IMG/VR virus record: IMGVR_UViG_3300037067_009025
Location: 1 to 64,000 of that record
DNA length: 64,000 bases
Strand: one strand, 5' to 3'
From: a virus
Lineage: Duplodnaviria > Caudoviricetes
Shown piece after piece: positions 39,929 to 48,721 of the stretch. The notes beneath the pieces are model-generated. The model worked only from the letters and a program-made list of their open reading frames with translations, had not been told where the DNA came from and did no database searches. Position numbers and translations under genes: made by a program. Numbering within the stretch: position 1 is the first letter of the stretch; each line of letters begins with the position of its first letter.

Positions 39929-39984
39929 TTATAATGCAATAGGGCAGCACGAACAAACAAACCTTAAACCTGGGAGGGTTAAAA

Positions 39985-40980
39985 ATGACGCCGAAAAAAT
40001 TACAAGAGATTTTAAAAGACGCCGTAAAGCACGGTGAACAATTGCTTATCGTGGGCCCGCCTGGCATTGGCAAAACGGATATTGTCAAGGCGGTATGCAA
40101 GGACTTAGGGGCCGACATGATTATATCACACCCCGCCGTGTCCGACCCCACGGACTACAAGGGTTTACCGTTCAAAGTGTCCGACAATTCACACGCCGAA
40201 TTTTTGCCATTCGGGGAAACCTGGCGGGCTATTCAAGCGGACAAAGTGACATTATGGTTTATTGATGACCTGGGCCAGGCTTCTGAAGCGGTTCAAAAAG
40301 CCCTTATGCAATTGCTTTTAGGGCGGAAGTTAAACGGTCACAAGTTAAGTGACAAAGTGGTTTTTTGCGGGGCCACTAATGACATAGGCCATAGGGCAGG
40401 TGTCACGGGACTTTTGGAACCCGTAAAATCCCGCTGGGATTCAATCGTGAACCTGGAACCGTCACTTGATGACTGGTGCACGTGGGCTTATGGCAATGGG
40501 CAGCCTGCGGAATTGATTGCATTCCTGCGGAACTGTCCCGAATTGCTTTCCCACTTTGAACCGACCAAAGCACTGATAAACCAGCCTTGTCCCAGAACGT
40601 GGGCCAGTGTTGGCCGTAGAATTGCCAGGAACCAGCAGGACTTTGACTTGATTGCTGGGGCCGTGGGGAAGGGTGCAGCCCAGGAACTTTTAGCATTCCT
40701 GGAACTGGCAGCAAAGGCCCCGTCCCTGGACGCTATCTTGATGAACCCGAAGACTGCGCCGATTCCTGAAAAGCCAGCCCTTCTTTATCTTGTGGCTGCG
40801 GGTTTGTCCCAGCGTGCTAAGAAGGATAATTTTAATCGTGTCTATCAATACCTTTTGAGGCTTCCCCAGTCATTCAGAACTATGGCAATCAAGGACGCTA
40901 TCAATCGGGACAATTCCTTGACGGGCACGGACACTTTCACCGCTTATGTCACGTCTGCGGAAGGCAAAAGCATTTTATAA
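39985..40980 (+). CDS. MoxR-like AAA+ ATPase
   Basis: Walker A GPPGIGKT, Walker B FIDDLGQA, GATN, KSRW, CPRTW. Confidence 0.9.
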   Translation: MTPKKLQEILKDAVKHGEQLLIVGPPGIGKTDIVKAVCKDLGADMIISHPAVSDPTDYKGLPFKVSDNSHAEFLPFGETWRAIQADKVTLWFIDDLGQASEAVQKALMQLLLGRKLNGHKLSDKVVFCGATNDIGHRAGVTGLLEPVKSRWDSIVNLEPSLDDWCTWAYGNGQPAELIAFLRNCPELLSHFEPTKALINQPCPRTWASVGRRIARNQQDFDLIAGAVGKGAAQELLAFLELAAKAPSLDAILMNPKTAPIPEKPALLYLVAAGLSQRAKKDNFNRVYQYLLRLPQSFRTMAIKDAINRDNSLTGTDTFTAYVTSAEGKSIL

Positions 40981-41010
40981 ACCGTTTTGAAAACCTGGGA
41001 GGGTTTGAAC

Positions 41011-41856
41011 ATGGACAAAATTTTGACACGTGCCGTATTAGTGAAGGTATCAATCAGCCAATTCAATCCGAAAAGGCAGGACGGGAAAACCACGGCGGAA
41101 GTCCTGGCCGACAAAGGCGCAAAGTCTACCGCTGGGGTGTGGATTAAAAACCTGGTAGACCCTAAAGCCCTTGAGGCTATCAACACGCTGGCCCAGGCTG
41201 CACGGGCTGAACATTACAGGCTTTCGCTTCCCTGGGCGGATGAAGGCTGGCGGATTCTTCCCACGGCCATTTATATGAAGTATCAAGAGGCCATGAGGGA
41301 AAAACGGACGGGATTTTCCTGGGAGGTTCAAAAATTCCTGGATAAATATCCCCAGTATATTGAAGAGGCAAAGGCAGCCTTAAACGGCATGTTTAACCCT
41401 GGGGACTATCCGACCCCTGAACAAGTCAAGGGAAAATTCGGAATGAAAATTGACGTGGCCCCGCTTCCCTGCGGAAGTGATTTTCGGGTGTCCCTGGGAA
41501 GTGATGAACTGGCAGCAATGCAGCAGGATGTTGACCAGCGTGTTAAGGAAGCCACGGCCCAGGCAGTAAAAGACCTTTGGAACCGCCTGGCCCAGCCAGT
41601 AAAAGCAATGGTCAATCGTTTATCGGAACCCGATTCCATTTTTCGGGATTCACTGATTGATAATCTGCGGGATATTATTGACCTGGTGCCGTCCCTGAAT
41701 GTCACGGGTGACCCTGCACTTGACGCCGTGGCCCAGGAATGCAAGGTCAAACTTTCGGGCTTCAAGGCTGAAGACCTGCGGAAAGATAAAGCCCTGCGGA
41801 AGAGTGCAGCGGAAGAGGCGGACGCTATCTTGAAGAAAATGGAGGGCTATATCTAA
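41011..41856 (+). CDS. DUF3150-like helical protein
   Basis: LSLPW..G.RILP, FNPGDYP, PLP..DFR motifs; family that travels with MoxR/VWA in mobile elements. Confidence 0.55.
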   Translation: MDKILTRAVLVKVSISQFNPKRQDGKTTAEVLADKGAKSTAGVWIKNLVDPKALEAINTLAQAARAEHYRLSLPWADEGWRILPTAIYMKYQEAMREKRTGFSWEVQKFLDKYPQYIEEAKAALNGMFNPGDYPTPEQVKGKFGMKIDVAPLPCGSDFRVSLGSDELAAMQQDVDQRVKEATAQAVKDLWNRLAQPVKAMVNRLSEPDSIFRDSLIDNLRDIIDLVPSLNVTGDPALDAVAQECKVKLSGFKAEDLRKDKALRKSAAEEADAILKKMEGYI

Positions 41857-43088
41857 TGACCCCGACACTTTCAAAAATTGACAAGGCAATGAACACCCTG
41901 GTTTTAGACCAGCCCTTTTTTGCCGTGTTGGCAATGCGCCTTGAACAAGTGGAAACCAAAGAAGTCCCGACCTTTGCCACGGACGGAAAACGTCTTTTAA
42001 TCAATCCCGATTTTTGCGCTTCATTATCGGACGGGGAAGTTGTGACCGTCCTGGCCCATGAAGTTTTGCATTGTGCCCTGGGCCATATATGGCGGGCCCC
42101 TGCGGGTGCAGACCTTCAGACCTGGAACCTGGCAATTGATAATGAAACGAACTGGGAACTTGAAAAGGTAAACCGTCAAAATAGGGGTGTCCCGCCCTTC
42201 CCGTGGCCGTCCTGCGGGAAAGTCATGGAAGACCGCTTTGAGGGCTGGGCTGCGGAACGGGTTTATAAAGTCCTGGCAGAAGAGAAGGCCCAGCAAAAGG
42301 AAGACCAGCAGGGCCAGCAAGGCCAGGGAGGCGGTAAAGGGCAGCAGCAGAAGGCGGGAGGCCAGGGGCAGAATAAAGGGAAGGGGCAGCAGGGCCAGGG
42401 GCAGCCTGGACAAGGCCAGCAGCAGGGCTTTGGTGACATTATCCCAGTAAAGAAGGATGACCAGGCCCAGCTTAAACAGGAATGGGAACGGGCCGTTATT
42501 CAGGCGGAAAAATGTGGGCGGGAGCGTGGGGATATTCCAGGGGCCGTCAAGGAATTGATTCAAGAGGTGACCAGCACTAAAGTTGACTGGCGGAATATCC
42601 TGCGGGACTTCTTATCTACCACGGCAAAGGAAGACTGGAACTTTGCCCGACCGAATGCCCGCTTTGAAGACACTGGCTTTTTAATGCCGTCCCTTTACAA
42701 TGAACGGGCGGGCCACTTAGTTTTTGCAATTGATACCAGCGGGAGCACGTCAAGCGAATTGCTGGCCGAATACATAGCGGAAGCCCAGCAGGCCCTTGAT
42801 GAACTGAACCCAGAAAAATTGACCCTTGTTTATTGTGACGCTAAGATTCAACACGTCCAGGAATACGAACCAGGGGACAAGATTGAACTGGAAACCTATG
42901 GACGGGGCGGGACGGATTTTCGGCCCGTGTTCAATCATTTTAACAAGGCGGATGAAGCCCCTAAAATCGTGGTTTACTTGACCGACCTGGAAGGGACTTT
43001 CCCAAAGGAAGCCCCAGAATATCCCGTCTTATGGGTGACCGAAAACCACGGCCAGGAAGTCCCATTCGGGGACTTGATTGAAGTATAA
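41856..43088 (+). CDS. DUF2201-type metallopeptidase plus VWA-like domain protein
   Basis: TFATDG, AHEVLH (HExxH), Q/G-rich linker, IDTSGS MIDAS, GRGGTDF, LTDLEG. Confidence 0.9.
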   Translation: MTPTLSKIDKAMNTLVLDQPFFAVLAMRLEQVETKEVPTFATDGKRLLINPDFCASLSDGEVVTVLAHEVLHCALGHIWRAPAGADLQTWNLAIDNETNWELEKVNRQNRGVPPFPWPSCGKVMEDRFEGWAAERVYKVLAEEKAQQKEDQQGQQGQGGGKGQQQKAGGQGQNKGKGQQGQGQPGQGQQQGFGDIIPVKKDDQAQLKQEWERAVIQAEKCGRERGDIPGAVKELIQEVTSTKVDWRNILRDFLSTTAKEDWNFARPNARFEDTGFLMPSLYNERAGHLVFAIDTSGSTSSELLAEYIAEAQQALDELNPEKLTLVYCDAKIQHVQEYEPGDKIELETYGRGGTDFRPVFNHFNKADEAPKIVVYLTDLEGTFPKEAPEYPVLWVTENHGQEVPFGDLIEV

Positions 43089-43559
43089 ACCAGCAGCCAG
43101 GGGCCCAGTAAGGGCCCCAGGAATTGGAGGGTTAAAACATGTTAGTCTTTTCAGGGGATAGAAAATCTTTGACGGTCAAGGCTGGAAAGTTTTTCCAGAA
43201 AATTTTTGGCCATGCCTTTATCAAAATTGCTTTATGGGACGGATATAAAAGCCTTTGTTATTTTGAGGCGGGAACTTTCCGAATTGCCGTCTATTAAAAG
43301 GGAGGTGTAAACATGGCAGACTTTCGGCGTATTGTTAGGAAGGTCTATAAAACTACCGTGGTTTACAAGCTGGATGTTTTACTGGCTGAAGAAAAACGCT
43401 GGGCCCGCAAAGCCACGATTGCCAATACTAAACTGCGGGCAGTCCGAAAAAAGATAAACACCCTGGCCCAGGAACTGGCGCAAAAGACCGTAAGTGTCCA
43501 GTAAGGGCAGCCCGTGGGAGCGGGTTCAAACTGAAAACTTTTAAGGGAGGTATCAAACT

Positions 43560-44261
43560 ATGGAACCAATTTTTGAGGAAGTTTTGAAGGGCCATAAAAT
43601 TGAGATTCATTCAGACGATGACGGTATCAATCCCCGCCATGAATGGGATAATATGGGGACAATGGTTTGCTTTCATGGCCGTTATAACCTGGGAGATAAA
43701 GACCACGGATTCAAACAAAGCAATTATGATTCCTGGGCGGAACTTCAGAAGGCCATTATCAGGGAGCACGGGCCTTGTTTGATTGCCCCGCTTTATCTTT
43801 ATGACCATTCAGGTATCACAATTTCAATGGGTGAATTTTCTTGCAAGTGGGATTCTGGACAAGTGGGCTTTATCTTTGTCCCGCATTCCAGGATTCGCAA
43901 GGAATATTCTTGCAAAAGAATTTCAAAGAAGACCCTGGAACGTGCCAAAGGGTGCCTGGAAAGTGAAGTCAAGGTATACGATGACTATTTAACGGGAAAC
44001 GTTTACGGATTCAAAATTTTTGATGACGTGGACGGGGAAAATGAAATTGATTCATGCTGGGGATTCTTTGGGGACTATGAAGAAGGGGCCCTGGCTGAAG
44101 CCCGTTCAATCGTGCATTCCAGGACGGACACTTTTAGGAATGCCGTTAGAGAAAAACTGCGGGAAGTGGAAAATCAAAAGAAGGCAGAACTGGCGGACAA
44201 GCTGGACGCTGCACTTGAACACCAGCAGGAACTTAACAAGGAAGTTTTACAGGCAGCTTAA
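43560..44261 (+). CDS. conserved phage/MGE hypothetical protein
   Basis: PLYLYDHSGITIS..WDSGQVG..YLTGNVYGF..DSCWGFFG motif family. Confidence 0.65.
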   Translation: MEPIFEEVLKGHKIEIHSDDDGINPRHEWDNMGTMVCFHGRYNLGDKDHGFKQSNYDSWAELQKAIIREHGPCLIAPLYLYDHSGITISMGEFSCKWDSGQVGFIFVPHSRIRKEYSCKRISKKTLERAKGCLESEVKVYDDYLTGNVYGFKIFDDVDGENEIDSCWGFFGDYEEGALAEARSIVHSRTDTFRNAVREKLREVENQKKAELADKLDAALEHQQELNKEVLQAA

Positions 44262-45146
44262 TTCTAAAATACGGCCAGGGTGTCCAGTAAAGGCCAGGTC
44301 ACAAAAGGCGGTTCAAAATGAAATATAAAATCCAGTATAATGTTGGTAAAGTAAAATATCTTGTTAGTTTTTCAGACGGAACAAAAAGGCACAAGGACGG
44401 AAGCGAATTTTGGGATATTAAATGTTTTAAGTCAAAGGATAAAATGAATAAGTTTATCCTGGGTTTAAATAAGCAATAACTTGAAAGGTTAAAATCATGC
44501 TACAATTAGTCAAGGTGAATGCCATAAAACCCGAATACAGAATTGAGGGCTTATCCGCTGAACAAGTGCTAAGGATTCATTGCGCTTTAAAGGCCGTGCC
44601 ACAAAAGCCCCTGGAAGTGGAAGTCATGGTGAACTGTTTGAACCAGGACATAAACCGTTTGAACAAGTCTGAAGGGAGGGAATAACATGTGCTTTGAAAT
44701 GGGACATAGTGCAGGATGTTTGTGTAATAATTCGGGACGTGAAAAGTCAAAAGCCCAGGGATATAATCCAGTATCCGAACATGGAAAACTGCGGTTAATT
44801 CCAGCCAATGAGCCCAGGAATATTTGCTGGAACTGCGGAAAACTTTTTTCGGAAGACCCAAAACATTTTCTTCCAAAGGAAGTGGGACAAAAACAATATT
44901 TATCCTGTAATCATTGTGGAAAGGTGAACCACTTATAAATTTCTTTAAACACGGAGGGGCCACTATGACCGCCACGGCGAAAAAGGATATTGTTTCAGAA
45001 TTGAAAGTTGTTTCCTTGCAGATTGAGTCTATTGAGGCCCAGCTTAAAAATACGTTCGACCTGCATAAGAAAACAGAACTGAAGGAACAATTGAAAAACA
45101 AGTGGGCCCTGGTTGACAATTTGCTGGATAAATATCCGCCCAGGAC

Positions 45147-45175
45147 TTGACAAAAGTCTGGAAATATGGTATACT
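45147..45175 (+). promoter_or_regulatory. sigma70 promoter
   Basis: TTGACA-17-TATACT with TG upstream of -10. Confidence 0.8.
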
Positions 45176-46167
45176 TATCTTAACGGAGGAACGAATGAAT
45201 AGTCAAGACCGACAACGAATTCAAGAAATGATTGATGCAGCCAAAGCAGGTTCAGCGCAAGTCATTAAGCTGGATGAATTCGGGGTTTTGATGTTCAGGA
45301 ATATTTACAATGAAGCCACGATTGCGGGATTGACCATAACGATTCTTGAACGTGGAAAGATTTTTCAAATTGAGCGGACATAGGGAGGTTAATATGACCT
45401 TAAAAGACTTGATAACAAAAAGCAATTTAAGTAAAGCAGACCTGGAAAAGGAAATTCTTTTCAGCAATGATGAAGAATTAAATAATCTTCATTCAGAAGC
45501 GCAAATTGCCGAACTGGGTAACACTGGAAAATTGGTTATCTATCCCTTAACAATGAGCAGAACGGAAATTTAAGATGAAGACCCGCTTTCGTGCCAGCAT
45601 ATATCTGGATGTTTTCATTGAAGGGGATAAACCCCTTGAAGAAGCACGGGCGGAAGCCACGGCACAAGTCAATGAACTGGTGCAATCAATCTCAGAAGTT
45701 GGCTTCAGGGAAGACTTGAACTATAGCAATCCTTATGTGGGAGGCGTGGCCCACTATGAACCAAAAAATTTGCTGAAGCCTCTGGACAAGGACATTTAAA
45801 ATGTTAAGGATTAAATTGGATATTACAGACAAGGATGAACACAAACTTATAACACACCTTGAACACGTGCAATGGGCCATTGCTGGCGGAGAAAAGGCTG
45901 GCCCAGGCTGGGAACTGGAAGGCGAAAATGAAAGTCAAGACGATTCTAAAAAAACTTAGGACTGAAAATCTTTTCGGAAAACCCGTTAAGATTCTTAAAG
46001 TGTCCAGTAAAGCCCCTAAAGAATTAGAGGGTAAAACTGGAACTTTAACAAACCCATTTGCGGGATTCGAGGTTGAGGGTATTGGAATATTCCTGGATAA
46101 CAATGAGCCCGATGTTTGCAATCTGGGCCTGGAAGATGATATTGAAATAATTGGTTAATTTGTCCGC

Positions 46168-46221
46168 AGCGGGGCCTCCTCCCTAACCCAGTCTCCTCCC
46201 AGTCTGGGTTTTGGCCCCGCT
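46168..46221 (+). ncRNA. structured RNA/terminator displaying two anti-SD (CCUCCC) motifs, cuckoo-like
   Basis: AGCGGGGCC/GGCCCCGCT stem, UCCUCCCU bulge, AACCCAG/CTGGGTT stem, apical CCUCCC loop. Confidence 0.6.
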
Positions 46222-46374
46222 AATATTTTAATGACCAGTAATCACGCACACGGAGAACAGGTTTAAATGGAAAAGGAACTTAACAATAGATGTATTGAAT
46301 GTGGTTGCGTATTAGATGAGGGAGAATATGACCTTTGCGAAGCATGTAGAGAAAGACTGGATAATGACTAACCC

Positions 46375-46403
46375 TTGACAAAATTAGAAAAGTATGCTAT
46401 AAT
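46375..46403 (+). promoter_or_regulatory. consensus sigma70 promoter
   Basis: TTGACA-17-TATAAT with TG upstream of -10. Confidence 0.9.
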
Positions 46404-46414
46404 TAAAGGGCTTT

Positions 46415-48355
46415 ATGAACCTTGCGGACATGCTGAAAGAGATTAGATTTTTTGGAGTGAAGCCCACGCTTGATTCTATCGAGCAGGTAAAATCTCCCAG
46501 GTTAAGGTTAAAATTGAGAAGGCTATTTGAGGAAGCCTTTCATATTTTGAGAGTTGGAGATTATCGTTATCAGAATATCACGTGGCCCGATACTACCAGG
46601 CCCAAAGGAGAAAATCAAAATGGACAAGATTGAAACATCCTACAAAGGTTACAAAATTGAACACGATATTGATTATGATAAAAAAGAGAAGTGGGTTTTA
46701 AAGGATGACGATGACACTTCTGTTTATGAACATGCGTCCCTGGCTGCCGTGAAAGAATATGTGGACAGGTTGAACAAAAAAGGATTCAAGACGTTCACGA
46801 TTCTTTACGATTCTGGATGGGGAAACAATAAAGGATATATTCGTCATACGGTCACATCCATTGATGACCAGGGTGATTATTGGATTAAAAATGATGAAGG
46901 CAGGCGTCAAAAGATTCGTCCTGGGAATGCCGTGGTAGATTCTCCCGAGAATGCAACACTCATTCAGGAGATTCGAGCGGTTGAGGCCGAAGAGGATAAG
47001 CTCCAAAAAAGACGCCATGCTTTGGAGAAAAAGCTCAAGAGACACGGAAAGAACGATGACTAAGTGGAACTACTACGTCAACGATTTTGAGTTTGAATGG
47101 CCCGATGGTGACGGTGGGTATACTTATCTGAAAGCAAATTTTCAGGTGAATGCCTGCCGTTATCTCTTTGGTGATGACGCCGATGGAAACCGTGGCGTCT
47201 ATGTCACAGAGAGAGAACTTGTAAACATTGAAGTCAAAGATGACACGGGCAATCCTATTGAACTTAAACCAGGCATGGAAGAACATCTTGCCGATAGAGT
47301 CAGAGAAGAAGGCAGCGATTTAGAATAACACGGGAGGGAGTTAATGAATAGGCCCCTCAGAAATCCCGAATTGACCAAAAAAGAGCGAGTCGCTCAAAAA
47401 CGTCAAGCCCTCACCCAGGAACTGTATACGGTCTTTACCCGTTCATACGAAATGGATAGGGCCTGGGGTGTGCCTCAAAGAAAAGCATTTGAAAAAGCCT
47501 TTCAGCTTCTGAACAAACGAGTAGATGAGTTGAATAAGCAGAAGCCCCAGGAATCTTCCTTTGTTATCGGTTGTCGTGGGGAAGTGAAAGACCTGGTTCT
47601 TAAACGTGTCGCAGAGCTTGAAGGACAGGTAAACAAACATGACGGAAAGAAAACAGCCAAAATACACTCACATAGAAATTAAGTTGTGGGTGTTTCGTTT
47701 TTCATTTTACAAATTAAACCATAAATGGACAATCAGATTTGAAATGTCCAGCGGGTGGGAATAATATGTGTTTACTGAAAGACCATTCAAAAACTTGTAA
47801 GTGTCATTTGACCACAAAATTTAAGGAAAAGAAAACTATCTGTTTTGTTTGCAAGAAAAGTGTGGATAAGGTTCTTGATTTGTGTGCTACCAGTAAAGAC
47901 CTATGTAGCATTGAGTGTGAACGAACGTTTTGGTTGGATATTCTTTATTAAGGAGCCTCTTCATGTTAAAACTGAATTTAAAAAGTATGGGAGAGTTATT
48001 TACCTCTGCCCAGATTGAGGATTTTATCACCAAGAATTTCTTTAATCTGAAAACCAGTGATGTAATCAAACTCCGTGCTTTGATAAAAACACTCCACGAA
48101 AAAAGTATTAAGGCTGAACTCCTCTGGGATAGTAACTTCAAGGATAAACAAAGTATTTTCTCCCTGGCAGTTTTAAGGTTGAAGCAGGTGTATGGGGACG
48201 ATATTCATGTGGCCTGTATTGAAGATTTGGGAAGGCTCACAGATAAACAATATGATTCCTTCTGGGAATTTTGTAGGAAAATCTCTGAGTATAAAAGCTA
48301 TCAGAAAAGTATGTCATTACGGGCGAAAAGAAAATACTTGACAACGCACAAATAA
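46415..48355 (+). CDS. run of hypothetical proteins (46415-46633, 46620-47063, 47056-47328, 47344-47682, 47963-48355)
   Basis: Coupled ORFs with RBS; no recognisable domain. Confidence 0.55.
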
Positions 48356-48366
48356 TGTGGTATATT
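48338..48366 (+). promoter_or_regulatory. sigma70 promoter, TTGACAACGCA subclass
   Basis: TTGACA-acgcacaaataatgtgg-TATATT. Confidence 0.85.
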
Positions 48367-48721
48367 TAAAGGAGACCAATGAAGCTAATCTACTCTGACA
48401 AGATAAGTGGTAGTTGCAATAAATGTCATGGCCCCTTTACTGGCGGTTTTCTTTCTTTAGATGAAAACGGCACGGTAACGGGTATGCTGTGTAAAGAGTG
48501 TCGGCAGACTGAAGAAGTAGAGACCAATAAAACTGTCACGCTCACCGTGAAGAAGTTGCAAGGTTCTTTTATGCAATTTATTCTGAAGCAAGACCTATAC
48601 CAGGTTGTGACTTGCAAAAATTTAATTTTGAAAAATGATATTTTAACAGGCGAAGAAGTGAATCGTTATATTCAAAATCCGAATGTAGCGGTCACTATTA
48701 GGCATTAAGAGAGGAACTCTC

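Noticed and set aside
42290-42430. CAG/GGC-rich tandem repeat as a regulatory array
   Set aside because: Explained by the Q/G low-complexity linker of the DUF2201-VWA protein.
36145-45690. DarT (TNTC) target avoidance as the cause of CTC loss
   Set aside because: TTTC, TATC and TGTC are common in the region, so the TNTC motif as a whole is not avoided.
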